From NCBI RefSeq assembly GCF_009914755.1, contig NC_060928.1: a DNA stretch of 64,000 nt; one strand, given 5' to 3'. The notes beneath the pieces were generated by a model that worked only from the letters and a program-made list of their open reading frames with translations, had not been told where the DNA came from and ran no database searches. A program made the translations under genes and the position numbers. Shown in pieces: positions 1-13,834 of this stretch. Every line of letters starts with the position of its first letter. Within the stretch, counting starts at the first letter, position 1. The stretch comes from the human T2T-CHM13v2.0 reference genome, Homo sapiens.

Positions 1-89
1 TGGTTTCTAGAAGAATGAATAAAGCATAAAGCATAATATAAAAAAATTAGTAAGTTGGATCTCACTAACATTTAAAAAATGTTTCCCAT

Positions 90-1030
90 TAAAGTACACA
101 ATTAAGAAGATGAAAATGAAAGCTACATACTGGTAAAAGTTATTTACAACACATATATAGGGCAGAGAACTTGCTCCTGGAATATATAAAGAAACTTTAC
201 AATGCAATAATAAAGTAAATCATCCAATATAAGTTGGGCAATAGATATGGGCACTTTACAAAAGATGAGCTAGGAATGGCAACTGAGCACATGGAAAGAT
301 ACTAAATATCATTAGTTATCAGAGAAATGCAAATTAAACCACAATCAGATACCACTGCACACCATGTACATCCACTGGATTTGCTAAAATAAAAAATAAT
401 GAGTGTATCAAGTATTACTGAGGATTTGGTGTAACTGGAATTCTTGTGCAGTAGTGGAGAGAAGATAAAATATAAAATGCAAATGTTTGGTGGTGTAAGA
501 CACTAAATATATATCTAGTTTGTGACCCAGCCATTCTCTTCCTAGTTATGTACCTAAGAGGAACTAAAACCATGTATGAATAATGACATATACTAATATT
601 TATAGTGGCTTTATTTGTAGTGTCTCTTAACTAGAATAACTCAAATGTCCATGAGCAGGCAATTGGATACTTATCCATTTAAAGGCATAAACTACAGATA
701 CACAGAGCAATATGAATCTCAAAATTATTGCAATAAGTGAAAAAATGTAAGGCAAAAAAATAGTTTATACTCTATGATTTCAGAGATATACAATTCTAGA
801 CCATATACATTTAGAATATCAGAAAGCAGGTCAGTGGTTTCCTGGAGATGGGGTGGAGTGGAGAATGCATCACATATAGGCACAAGGAACTCATGAGTGA
901 TGATGGAAATGTTTATTATCTTGATTTTGAGGTTGATTTTACAGGCATATACATAGTAAAAATGATTACTATTCAAATATATGCAATTTACTTCAATTAT
1001 ATCTCAATAATGCCATACTTTTTTTATAAA
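90..1030 (+). mobile_element. Old L1M (L1MC/ME-like) ORF2 3' end and 3' UTR relic
   Basis: Degenerate L1 ORF2 C-terminal DNA (agagaaatgcaaattaaaccacaatcagataccac; gacccagccattctcttcctag) followed by an L1M-type 3' UTR. Boundaries approximate. Confidence 0.7.
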
Positions 1031-1099
1031 AATATAACAACAGTAACAAACACTTGGAGAAATAGGATTATCATCCTTAGTTGCTGAGAATTTAAATAG

Positions 1100-1434
<335 letters not shown>

Positions 1435-2569
1435 TAACTTGGCATATTCTAATAAAATTGAATATAAGTACATACAAACTCTTCTGTTGCAATTCCGCAT
1501 AGAGAAACTTTCCCACATTTACCTAGAAATGTCTAAAAATTTTCTCACTAGGCTATTGTTTATAATAAGTAAGATGCTTACACTAGCAAAATACTCATCA
1601 GTAGGATTAGGAGTCAATAAAATGTAATATAGTCATAGAGTCAAAAACTATGCAATACTTCGGATACACATAAACTCGATCTCTAAATAGTGATATGGGA
1701 AGATGGCCAAAATATCACAATTGAGTGAAAAACAAAACATGATATAGAATGTTATATATAATATGATACAATTCATAAAAATTAAGCATACATGAAAACT
1801 CCATGTTTTATGTACATCTATATGTATAAATTTAGAAAAATGGACATCTACATGGTTAACATACAAACATGCATTAAATTCATTTTATATATATAATATA
1901 TATATTTTTTAATTGAAGGTCCAGATAATGTATAGATAAATGAAAATGAAAGAATCTCAAACCTTAATGTGAGGCTTCATCTGTATTTGTAATGTACAAT
2001 CCCTAAAAATTGTGAACAAATATTACAAAATAATAATAGCTATTAATTTTGTGTGTTTGGGATGCAAACATTTGTTACATTATTCTTAATGTTTTAAAAA
2101 ATTTCTTAAACATACACACATAACACTTAGTATTTATAGATGTTTATGTATATAAATATATGTACACATATGTGTGTATGTATGTAAATGCCTAAAATGT
2201 ACATCTGAAATGATACAAACAATAATTATAATAGTTGTTCCCTTAGGAAAAGAGAATGGAATTCAAGATTGGCAATCTGCCATGGCTGGGTGGCTGGTAG
2301 TTAGCCAACAGTCTTTATATTGTTTGAATTGTGACAAGAACATATTTGTGTCTTACCTGTGTATTTAAAATAAGTACTTCACAAAATTAAATTAATAATA
2401 AAATGTTAATACACTGGGCCAAGTTCTTTGACAGAGGCAAACATATGCTATCTTCGGAGTTCTGAGAAAGGGTGGTTATCCTGGCCTTCATGTGGGAGGT
2501 GGTACCAAATATTTTATAATCCGAGAAGTTGACTCCTGAATATAATGTAGAATTTAACTTGCATATTTA

Positions 2570-3014
2570 ATTCAGGAGTTGATTCGTTTGGATGAGAAAA
2601 TATACATCTTTAATTTCACTAGCATCTAACTGAAATTTAGCATTTTCATCAACTATGAAAGAGGGTCACAGACAATATTAGTGGCAGACCTGAGACTTTG
2701 TGACCAATATTTCTATTGGTCATGACTTTTTTTTGTCATATTACAGTTAAGGTCGACATATGAAAATGTCTTTTAACGCACCACTAATTTGAAATTATGG
2801 CAGTAGTTAGATATGCTTCAAGATCTTGTTATTCGAAGTATTAATAGAAAGACATAGATTACTTTATCTTAAATTTTTATTTTAAGCATTTTCAATAACT
2901 GCTTTTGTTGATAATGCTATATAGTACAGTTTTAAAACCATCATTCTGAAATGGAGTAAATGTGCTTCATCAGACTGCCAACAAGGTCTAACACACACAT
3001 GTTAAGACCCTCTG
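2570..3014. mobile_element. hAT DNA transposon relic (MER115/Zaphod-like)
   Basis: Resembles the recalled consensus (ctaactgaaatttagcatttt ... cagactgcca ... gttaagacccTCTG terminus). Family call tentative. Confidence 0.5.
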
Positions 3015-6000
3015 ATCTAGAAGAATGAATCAACTATGGCTTGGTGATTCAACCCCAGATGGCCTGGGGTTGGGTGGAGAGCAGGGCAGCCGAAGGCAGC
3101 CAGACATGGCACACGAGAACAAGAGGGGATGTGACTCTGTCGGGTGCAGCTCATAAATGACTTTATGCTTTACATACTGATTTTCTTCCATAGTTACCTA
3201 AGGAGGGGGGAATTCTCTTTTTATCAATCTAATCAGCAGGTGGTTTGGTTCAGGAAGTGAATAACTTCGAAGCATGAAAGCATATCATGAAAAAAAAATG
3301 CTTCTCAGATTCCACCCTTTGTACCACTTTACATGAGAAAGCTATTATCCTCAGAGTTTTAAACGTGAGTTCGTATTTCATAATTACTTATTAGATTCAC
3401 AGTTGAAAAAAGAACCCACTAAAATCCTCATGATTCAAACTCGTGATTAGCAAATTTGGGTTTCTCCATGATTACTACCATTCAAATGAAAAATGAAAAA
3501 TCCAGAGAAATACTGTGCATTTTGGCTAAATCAGTAGAAATACTGTCTTCAAACACAATTTTAGTTGGAACTATAGTATGTAAAAATAAAAGCAAAACTG
3601 TTCTGCTGTGAGCCAAAGGCAAAATAGGTCCTCTGGCTATGCATATCTACCTTGTCCATCATGGTGGCCCAGAGGCTACTTTACCTTAACTTAAGTCTCC
3701 ACATATTTCAACATATAGATATCTACAAGCATCTACCTTTTTCCCTGAGATTTTTCTTTTTATGTTGTACTTTGCATGCTCTGTTCTCTTAAAATATTAT
3801 CATTATGTATTACATACATATCAAAAATACGATAGATTTTACAATGCTGCCACTGTGACTTTCCATTGCTTATCTTTTGAGAGTGTAGTGACACTATTCA
3901 GAAGAGAAGGAAGGTAAAAACCCCTCTGTTTCCTCTTCTACTATTCATTTACCCGAAGGTTTTCAGGTCATAGGCTCTGAAAAAATTCTTTAGAGTTCCT
4001 TGGTAAGAACATGCTCATTCATTTCAATAATATATTGCTTAGTTTATTAGCATGTACTCTACCATAATGTAGATTTTTCTCAATTTCAATACTTTCCCCT
4101 TATGAACAATCACTTCTTTTATATATTAGAGATTGACACCTGTAAATTCACCTTCATAACTAAGTTATGACCTTGCTAATAACAGATCACAAGTGAAAAT
4201 TTCAAAATATTCTGTGGTGACATTAGCTATTAGTCAATAGTTCTACTCTGACAACTTCACAAAGATATATTTAATGATGTAAATTTAATACTGATTTATT
4301 GTATTTTGCTTTATTGTTATATAAAAATGATTAGGGAGAAAAACAAAGCATGAATATTGTGTTAAAATTAAGTACAGTTATAAATCATTTGTAGGCGTGT
4401 CAAAGTCACAGCACTTATTGTTCTGGATTGTCTGGGTACCAATTAAAGATAAGCCTTTCAACTCTAGGTTCAGTTATGATAAAAAAGCACAAAGAACATT
4501 CTTATGAAATAATCAAATTAAATTATATTGTTAAAGATATTTAATCAGGAACACAAAACTTTTCCTTTTGCCCTACCCCATAGCATATAATCTATTACTC
4601 AATTTTGACAAGGTCTGCTTTTTGACAAGCTTTAGAGATAGCAATGTGAGGAAGGTTCCTGTGCAATTTCTTGCTTCCAGCAGTCTGTATACAACAATGG
4701 CCCAGCTTGCTGACAGTGCTATAAGCACTGTAACTCTGAGCAAATCACTTAAACCTTCTGAACCCATTTCCTCATTCATGAAATGGCAAGGGTTTCAGGA
4801 CTAGATGATCTCTAAAGTCCCTTCCAGAGCCATTGTTATAAGACTTAATATTTACTGGATTGAGGCAAGATACAGTCTTGGCTCTCTCTCAGCCATCACA
4901 CAAATCTAGAATTAACCCACACCTCCCACCAGCCATCTGTGACATCTCGTACAACATATTTTATTGTATTGATTGGGTGATAACCTTTTCAAAACAAGAC
5001 ATGTAGTGGGATGCTCTTTTATATCACAAATTGCCTTTATTTTGATGCTTTCAAAGGCATGCCTTCTCTTTAGATAAAGTATAAACTTATTTTATTATAT
5101 CTGAGAAATTCTGACATGAAAGTAAAAGGATTCCAGAGTAAAATCAATAAACATCAACTTTCCTTCAACATGTTGCTGTAAAATTAAATGCCAACTGGTA
5201 ATTTAGTCCAAGATATGTTCATGACTTTACTGTAACTGAAAGTAGCTTCAGATAATTTTTTTCTAGCTAGAAAATTGATTTCATACATTACATCTAAACA
5301 GTTTAAATCCATGCACTATTAGTAAACTGGCAAAGGGGGTCTCCAGTGTATGTAGTATTAATTCAGATAGCTTGTGATTTGTTAGCATAATAATGAGGTA
5401 ATAGTTTGGCTAATTTAATCTTGACACAGTGGTATGTGACACTTCAATAATAGCTGATGGGACCTTAAAGGTTAATGATGGCATTGCTCATCTGAAGTGA
5501 CAGACTACTTCAGGTTCTCTTGCCATTGATCTTAATTCTTTCTTTGCTTTTTTTTTTTCTTCCCATTAGGTTACTAGTGCAGTAATGAACTTTTTTTTTA
5601 TTAGGTTACTCATGCAGTGAACTGTTATCTGGAATTGCAAACTCAGGCAAATTACTTCCAGAGGTCATATGATGAGACATTCCATTCTAAAAGTACTGTT
5701 CCATTCTAACAGTACTGGCAGTACTGTTATGATAGTGGACAGGAGGGGGTAGAAATATTTTTATGTAGGTAATAAAATGCAGGAACTCTTCAGAGATGCT
5801 TCGGCATATTTATGGAACTTTTTCAACTACCAAGATAAAGTTTTCTCAGGCTATTGTAATTATATTGTAAAGCCCCACAACTTTGTGCAACAATCATATA
5901 TGTCGCCGCTATCCTGTATAAAACATGGTGTTTGGCTATGCGAAAAAAACTGAAACAAATCAAAATATAATCCAAATTATAAGGAGTTTATAATCTACTA

Positions 6001-6765
6001 AAGGAAAGGCAACAAGAAGGTAAATCACTGTAATAGAAGATAATGAGCACAATTGCCTTTGAGGAAAAAAAATGCTTTTGGATTCACAGGGCGGGACAGA
6101 TTTCTCTCAATGAGAGAGAGAAAGCCAGTGAAGCCTAAGGAAGGCCATTTACTGGACCTTTCTCAAAAGCGGGAGAATTCAGAAATGCTCTGATTAAAAT
6201 ACACCTTACTCTTTCTTCAGTCTCCCTCATGCATTGCATCTTGTGTTGCTCTTCTGTGTCTGATGACAGAGCAAACAGGTGAGAGAATGGTGGATGTAGA
6301 TATATAGGTGGATTGGATGAGGCAGGGAAAGATTGTTTTTGACCATCAAGATACAGAAGGACTAGCTTCAAAATATTGCTATTTAAGGCAACTTGAAAAA
6401 CAGAACTTAACAGAATTACCTTGAATGTGGAGGGATGTGAATTGCTTTCTTTGATCTATATACGGGAATGTGAAGATGAGACGGAAGATTTAGAAGCTCT
6501 TCCACTTGGGAAGTTTAGAAACCCATGAAAAGTCAGATTAATTTTATGCTATGAATTATCTCTGAAGGGATCTTCTTTTTGACCTTTCTTAGTTTAGTTT
6601 GTGATAGTTTGAGCTTGTTTCTTCAATATTAAGAAAGTCAGAGAAGAATTTGTTTTGGTTCAGGAAATAATATACGGTAAATATCCCACTCTGTTTTATG
6701 TCAGGCTTGGGAAATCCCTGCCTTGAAGGATGAAGAACTGGACTTGGTGATTTTTGAATTTCCCT

Positions 6766-6788
6766 CACACACACACACACACACACAC
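6766..6788. repeat. (CA)n microsatellite
   Basis: Direct reading. Confidence 0.95.
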
Positions 6789-9060
6789 CCTCCCTTGTGT
6801 ATGGTTCCTGAATAACTGAAAACATTCACTAAAGTGCTCATTAAAAAGAAATGAATTAATGGGAATGAAATATTTCACGTGGCTGGCATGTGACCTTCAA
6901 GCCACTGCTGAATTTTCGTAGGAAACTCATTTATATATTGTATCAGCTCCCCCTTGTGTCTATCCAGCAGTCGATTTAGCAAACAGGAAATAAAGGTATC
7001 TCCTCTTTATCTACTTCCTTCCCCTTAGTAGAGTGTTTAGGACAGAGTTGCTGATCAGGGATAATTACACTCTCAAGTGAAGAAAAACCCAAGTCATTAA
7101 AATTAGTGAAACTAAGACCCTTTGTGCTCTAACTCCAATGACGTATTCTCACTCACATGATTCATTCTCTAAAGACCCTGTATAACTGTCCATAGAGTGA
7201 ATGCCTCACCAACCTGCAGACATGAGTATGATGTAGTACAGATTATGACAGGTGACATCAAACAAGAAGTCAAGAATGCTATGGTACACCATTAATTTTC
7301 CAGTGCTATTATTTTCCATAGCCCATTAAGACCAACTGAAGGCATTTCCTCTAAACACCAAAAATAAAGTGAAATACAAATAATAGACAACTTGTTCCAG
7401 TCATCAACTCTTAATCCTGTTTGCTTATCACCTGGATATGTATTTTAAATCATCTATTTCATCTTAATGGAATTTTGTCCACTCTGTTTTGTTAAATAAC
7501 AACAGCTGACTTTTCTGTTTGGGGATTGTTTTCTTATGCCTGTCTCAATCCACTCTTACTGTGTTTAGCCTGAGAGACTAATGCTAAATGCTGTTGTCAT
7601 TCACCTTCATCACAGGCAGGGGTTGTGGAGGTGGGAATCTCAGTCCAGTTCATTCTCAACCAGCAAATAGTGGAAATGAACTGGATTCCCAGCCATGAAC
7701 CCTTGTTTTCTGACTCTAGGACTGGCTTTTGTTGTTTACAAGTGTTTTTCAAAGAATTTAAAGGGCTACCTGCTACCAAGGTCAGCTGGGCGCTTGTAAA
7801 TTGCAGAATCAGGTGCTCCCACCAACCTTATGGAATCAGAACCTTTGGCTTCTCATATCGTCTCTTCCTGTTTGCTTTCTGTATATATTTCTTTTAAAAA
7901 AATCACTGTTTTTTATCTCTGCCATCTTGTTTTTAAAAATAATCCTTAAGCTAAGTTTACAATTATTATTAAATATTCATCCATATTGCCATGTAATAAA
8001 TATTTGCCAAGCTCCCACTATGTGCCACATGCAGATGCCTATGATGCAGAGACTCGTAAGAATGATGTCTTATAAATAAGACATAAATACAACAGGACAG
8101 CGTTGACATCCTAGCTTGCTTTCTGTCCATGGGAAACCAGTCATCAGCTGGTTAGTCCTACCATTGGATTTCAGACTTGCAGGGGCATTCAGATTGAGAT
8201 CAATGATTCAATTCTCTTCAAAATGGACAGTCTCTTAAAAGGAAGTAAAAGGAACAAAGGAAACAACTTGTCAGAAGTTCAAGAAAGAAGACCTCAGGTA
8301 GTCCTGATATAACAGTTAGGGAGGTGTAAGCTAAAAGATGACAGGCCAAAAATCCAGCTAAACCCATCTCACCATGTATCCAACTACCCAGCCCACTTCC
8401 TGCAGCCCCCAGTGGTTCCCTTTGAAAGGAACTCACCGTGTAAGCAGGTGAGGGAATTCGTAACAGGGCACGATCAAAAGTGAACTGGGTAAGCGAGGGA
8501 AAGCAATTACACAAGGAGATCATTAATTGGAAGGCTTATCTCTTCAGTGAGTTTGGAATGTGTAAGCTGTAGTGTTGTGAATTGAATTTCATGCACTCCT
8601 ATTGTGTGTGAAGAGCTGGCTGTGTGTGGGAGGTGCTGAATGATTTGCCAAAAGTGTTGTAAGAACACCAGCAATCAAAAAGCCACTGGGCTCTGAAAAG
8701 CCGGGAATTGAGTGATAGTGCAGAAGCATGAAGGCTGAAGCAAATTGAGACTTTGCACTGAAATGTAGCTTGAAGCGGAGGGAGTGCAATCAGTCATGAA
8801 AGGCTGTGAAGAGAAAGGCAGGGCGGAGGGGACTGGCCAAGGTCTTGCTAAGATCTCATTTCATCAATCAGTCCCCTGCTGAGACAAGGTCTACCTGGGC
8901 CTGGGGTAAAAGGCTCCTTGAAGTTCATAAAACTTATAAACAAGGGCCTGTTAGGAATCATCGACCTCTGTTGAGAGGAAATAAAAAGTCATTTTAAACC
9001 ATTCACATATTTAGCCAGGACACAAAGAAACATGAGGAAGAGGAAGACCAGTTTCTTCCC

Positions 9061-9565
9061 ATTTTTAAAATTTATTTATTTATTTTTTATTTTACTTTAA
9101 GTTCTGGGATACATGTGCCGAACATGCAGATTTGTTACATAGGTATACATGTACCATGGTGGTTTGCTGCACCTATCAACCCATCATCTATCTAGGTTTT
9201 AAGCCCCCCGGTACCAGACACTACAAAAACACACCAAAATATAAAGACCAATGACACTAAGAAGAAACTGCTTCAACTAATATGAAAAATAACCAGCTAG
9301 CATCATGATAACGGGATCGAATTCACACATGACAATATTAACCTTAACCTTAAATGTAAGTGGGCTAAATGCCCCAATTAAAAGACACAGACTGGCAAAT
9401 TGGATAGAGCCAAGACCCATCGGTGTGCTGTATTCAGGAGACCCATCTCATGTGCAAAGACACACATAGCACACATAGGCTCAAAATAAAGGGATAAAGG
9501 AATATTTACCAAGACAATGGAAAGCAAAAAAAAAAAAAAAAGCAGGGTTTGCAATCCTAGTCTCT
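9061..9565. mobile_element. Rearranged L1PA (L1PA8-like): 3' end on minus strand (9061-9210) joined to the ORF1/ORF2 junction on plus strand (9211-9565)
   Basis: gttctgggatacatgtg...taggttttaagcccc is an L1PA 3' UTR reversed. From 9305 the plus strand reads MITGSNSHMTILTLTLNVSGLNAPIKRHRLANWI, the ORF2 endonuclease N-terminus. Flanking near-repeat agt(t/c)tcttccc at 9050-9060 and 9559-9569. Confidence 0.9.
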
Positions 9566-9899
9566 TCCCTTTCTTATATCCTTTTCCTCTAACCCATGCA
9601 CTTACCCACTCAGACTTTCAAACTCTTTACCATTCTTCCAACAGGCCATGCTACCTCTAACCCTGATTCCTTTGCCGGGAATACCTCTTGTAATTTTTTT
9701 CTCCCTAATCGCTACAACCCAACTTTTAAGTCCTAGCTCTAATTCCTCTTTGAAATGAGTCCAAGTTAAGAATATTTGTTATATTTGTTCTATAACCACA
9801 GAGTAGCTTTTATCACAACACTTCACATCTGACCCCTGCCTAATCTCAGTAGGTAAACATGCTTTTCTACCTTTCCTTCAATTTCCTCAGCTTATGCAC

Positions 9900-10318
9900 C
9901 TGCACGCGTACTAGGATGTCCTTTTCAAAGCTTCTGAATTTCTCTTCATCCTTTAGAACTTCCTTCAAATGTCATTTCCTCAGTGTAGCCTTTTGGGATC
10001 CTCAAGTCAAATAGTCTAACAGCAGTCTGCACCTCAACTTTGGAACACTGATTATTTGACTTCTGTCTTCCTCACTAAACTGTAAGCTCACTGAGGTCAG
10101 GACTCTATCTGTGTTGGTCTCCATAGTATTCCTGCTTTCTAGTACACTGCCTGGCATTCCTGATGCCCCGACAATTACGTATTGTCTTTATTCTGTCTTC
10201 TGAGTGGGTTGTGAGATCCTTGAGGTTAAGGGCTCTGTCTTAGATTTGTTTCCTCAGATTGTAACAAAATGCTTGGTGCATAATCGGTCTTAAATAAATG
10301 CCTATTAAATGAATAAGT
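9900..10318 (+). mobile_element. L2 3' fragments (two 3' ends)
   Basis: ctgtaagctcactgaggtcaggg and tgtgagatccttgagg...ataaatgcctattaaatgaat, typical L2 3' motifs. Confidence 0.65.
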
Positions 10319-10339
10319 GCTAGAAGAAAATACCTAGAG

Positions 10340-10572
10340 CAGGGCTTCTCCTCCTAGGCAATATTGATTGACATTTTGGGCTGGACAATATTTGTTGTGC
10401 GGGTCTGCCTCGTGCACTGTAGGATGTTTAGCAGTGCCCCTGGCCTCCACCCGCCAGATGCCAGTAGCATCCCACAATTGTGAAATGTCTCCAAACATTG
10501 CCCAATATTCCCAGTGGGAGTGGGAGACTGGGCTGAGAATCAGCCAAAATCACCCCAGGCTGAGAATCGCAG
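10340..10572. mobile_element. MER20 (hAT-Charlie)
   Basis: gacattttgggctggacaat...gcactgtaggatgtttagcag...agatgccagtagca...tgtctccaaacattgcc matches MER20. Confidence 0.9.
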
Positions 10573-12833
10573 ATCTAAGATAAACACTTTTAAATCACCC
10601 AAACAGATAAATACACATTTCTAGTTTTTATAGAAAAATTGACTTACAAATAATGGATAAAAATTATAATAATATATTTATTCAGGATTATTTAAAGATT
10701 CATTGCATTGATAAAGGCTACATTCCAACATTCTTCAAGAAGTTCATTTTTATGAGGTAGATAGAGGAGTTAATAAATTTTCTGAGAACATTCTACTAAG
10801 GGATATATTAGATAACATAGCTAGACGCATTCTAGCTCAGCGCCCAGCTCATAGTCGCATTTCAGTTAATGCTATTTCTCTTTTCCTGATCTAATCAAAG
10901 CATTTGATGTCAAATGGTCACAGCTAACAATGAAAAACTGGGAAGAGTTTAGTCATATGAACACACACACACACATACACACAGAGTCTATTTAGTTAAT
11001 TTTTTTTAAAGGCAAAATTTTGATTGACCAAGTTCTTTGTTAGGGGGTTGCTATGTTGACACAGAGGGCTGGTTAAATTTCTTTCCTGCTGGGGAACACT
11101 AAATTACATCCCACCAACTTAAGTTCCCCTGGAGTGAATCACAGAGTGGTTGACTTTAGAGTTCATTGAAGGTGAGAGTTTGAGTTCTATGAGGTCAGAT
11201 TTTCTCCATGAAGCAGAACAAACAAAAATGTATAATACTGGGCTTCTTGATATAATTTTTAAAAGTAGAGGGCCCCACTGGTTTCCTTCCACCCCCACCT
11301 TCCACCACCAACTCTTTCCTTGAAAGAAAGTGTAAGAATGATCTCCCGAGGCTACTGGCAGATGGAGAGTTTCTGGGTAAGTAGGTTTTTTTTCTTCCAC
11401 ACTCAGGGGGATTCATGGCTGACTGAGTAGTAAATTCACTCTCAGTGTTTCAGTTCACAAATATAGAAGTAATAAGAGAAGCTCTGCATGTGTATTGGGC
11501 CGAAATGGAAAAGGGACAATACACAACAGGGGTTTGTAAGAAAACACATCCTGTCAGAAAAATATGATTGCTATTTTAGAAAGAATTGCCAAATTGGAAA
11601 GTACAGGAAAGTGTAGAGGTCGTGCACTTTAAATTGAGGCAAATCTTAGATATGACAATTTATGAAATAAGATTTGCAAGCATAAACCGTCCATTTAGAC
11701 TGCAATGTGGTTACAAGCCTGGGAGGGAGTGCATGAGGAGATTGGGACTAGGGAAGACAGGCTTGTAGGAATGTCTGCAGAACACCTAGGATTATTACTG
11801 CTGCAATTCATTGAGCTCTATTTTCACATTTGGGATTAGACTAAAACTGTTTGGCTATAGGTTCCCTAATGTCAAATATTTTGTGGGGTATATAGAAAAC
11901 TCTCAATACATTTCTGGTTTCTGTGAGCCATCCACAAAATTTTCTTCAAAATTTCTGAATTAAAAACTAAGAAAAGTTTTGTACCTCCTTCTTTTCTTCA
12001 ACTTAATATTTCTTTCCTGTAAGACACTTGCACATAAATTTAATGTCTTTAAGTAGCTATGTGATTCTGCGAGAGTCATATAACCTTTCTGGCCTCAGTT
12101 TCTACATTTGAAGAAGGAAAGATTTGGCAGCTTCTATAAAGTATTAATTCTTCTATCTGACTCTTTTCTGCTTGGATTCTATTTTGTTTTCCCTGATTAG
12201 TTTAAGATGAACTCAGGCTGAATAACAAGGGTTTGAGCTTCCTTGGAATAACCTTTATTTGGTTATGACGTGAAATCTACTGCAAAAAGATTCATTATAT
12301 TCATAGAGTTTTCTACAGGTAGTGAGAAATATTAGAGAACAATGTTGACCCACAGCTAGAGTTTATGAACCAACATCAGAGATACATAGAAAGGATCCAA
12401 CAGGCTAGGAAATGAATGGAAATAAGTTAAGGGGTATTTACTACCTATTGGATCCATAACCTTGGACGGCTTGCTCCCCCTCTTCAACTTCTTCATTTGT
12501 ACAATAGAGTTAGCCATTCTTTCTGTGAACGTTTTCTAGGACGACTTAAGAACCTGAGTTAGAGAGGAGAAGCAGTGTTCACAGTGGCCTCAGATCAAGA
12601 AAAAGGGCAGGAGACCAGGAGAGGACTCATAATTGAATGTTAGGTTGCTCAGAATCATATCTCTCCTGTATCTTGGAACCTCTTGTGGATTTATTCCATT
12701 GCAGTCCATCTGGTCCATTGCCCAGGTGTTTAATTTGTGGGTGCACCAATATTATCATGGGGTATTTCAGTAGCCTCTTTGTGACTTGACTTTTGAATTA
12801 CACACAAACCAATCACCACCAACAACCTCTTCA

Positions 12834-13314
12834 TCTATTAATCTATTAGGTTGGTGCAAAAGTAATTGCAGTTTTTGCCATTACTTTTCATGGTTAAAAA
12901 AAACAAAATGCAATTACTTTTGCACCAACCTAATAGATTAATAGATTAATACTTGGGCTCCTGTGACAAACTACCAGACTGTGTGCCTTAAACAATAGAA
13001 ACTTATTTTCTCAGAGTTCTGGAGGGTGGAAGTCCAAGATCAGGGTGCTGGCAAGGTTGGTACTTGTAGAGGCCTCTTTTTGGGGGTTGCACATTGCCAC
13101 CTTTTTGCTGTTTCCTCACATAGTCTTTCCTCTCATTAGTGTCTTTTCTTTTTCTTATAAGGAAACCAATTCTATTGGATTGCAGCCTTACCCTATGACC
13201 TCATTTAACTATACTTCCCTCCGTAAAGGCTCTACCTCCAAATACAGTCACATTTGGTTTTAGGATTTCAACATGCAAATTTGGGTGAAGGAGGACACAG
13301 TTTAGTTCGTAATA
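12834..13314 (-). mobile_element. MLT1A/B-like MaLR solo LTR, interrupted near its end by MADE1
   Basis: cttaaacaatagaaacttattttctcagagttctggagg...agtccaagatcagggtgctggcaagg; ends ggacacagtttagttcgtaata. Confidence 0.8.
12846..12933. mobile_element. MADE1 (Hsmar1 MITE; the element that gives rise to miR-548 hairpins)
   Basis: ttaggttggtgcaaaagtaattgc...gcaattacttttgcaccaacctaa with TA duplication at 12844-45 and 12934-35. Confidence 0.97.
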
Positions 13315-13519
13315 CTGATCATCTATTCAGTTTCCTTGTTTCCTATGGGTTTCACGGGAAAAGTGCTGAGGAAAGGCAGAATTGCAGGCACATATTGAAT
13401 AAGTTATTTATAGATCCCAAGACAGTTTGGATCTATGGTTTGGAACTGTCATTTGCTGATTCCTACACATGATTTTTACCTACCCAGAGGGCTGCACTGG
13501 AAATTCACAAACAATCATA

Positions 13520-13655
13520 TGGAAGTAACACTGGACTTTGTGTTACACAATGTAAATTTGTTCTGTAGTCACTCTGTGGCCTTGAAAAAACATCACTTTT
13601 GACCTATCTGAGCCTCGATTTTCCCATACATAAATAAGAATAATAAGATACTATC
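13520..13655 (+). mobile_element. MIR fragment
   Basis: MIR core ctgtggccttg...tctgagcctcgattttccc...aataataa. Confidence 0.6.
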
Positions 13656-13834
13656 CCTCTTTGAATGTAGACAAATTGCTAAATTAACTATTTACTATTT
13701 TTAGATATGATCTATGTCTTCCTGTTACTCTTTGCTGTTTCTAGTATTCCTTCCCCTATTAAAAATGGACCCATATTCCACCTCTTTCATGAAGTTTTCC
13801 ATGGTATCCATGAATATCCCCTCATATTAGTACT

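Noticed and set aside
12846-12933. Assigning a specific MIR548 gene name
   Set aside because: MADE1 copies are numerous and locus identity cannot be established without a database
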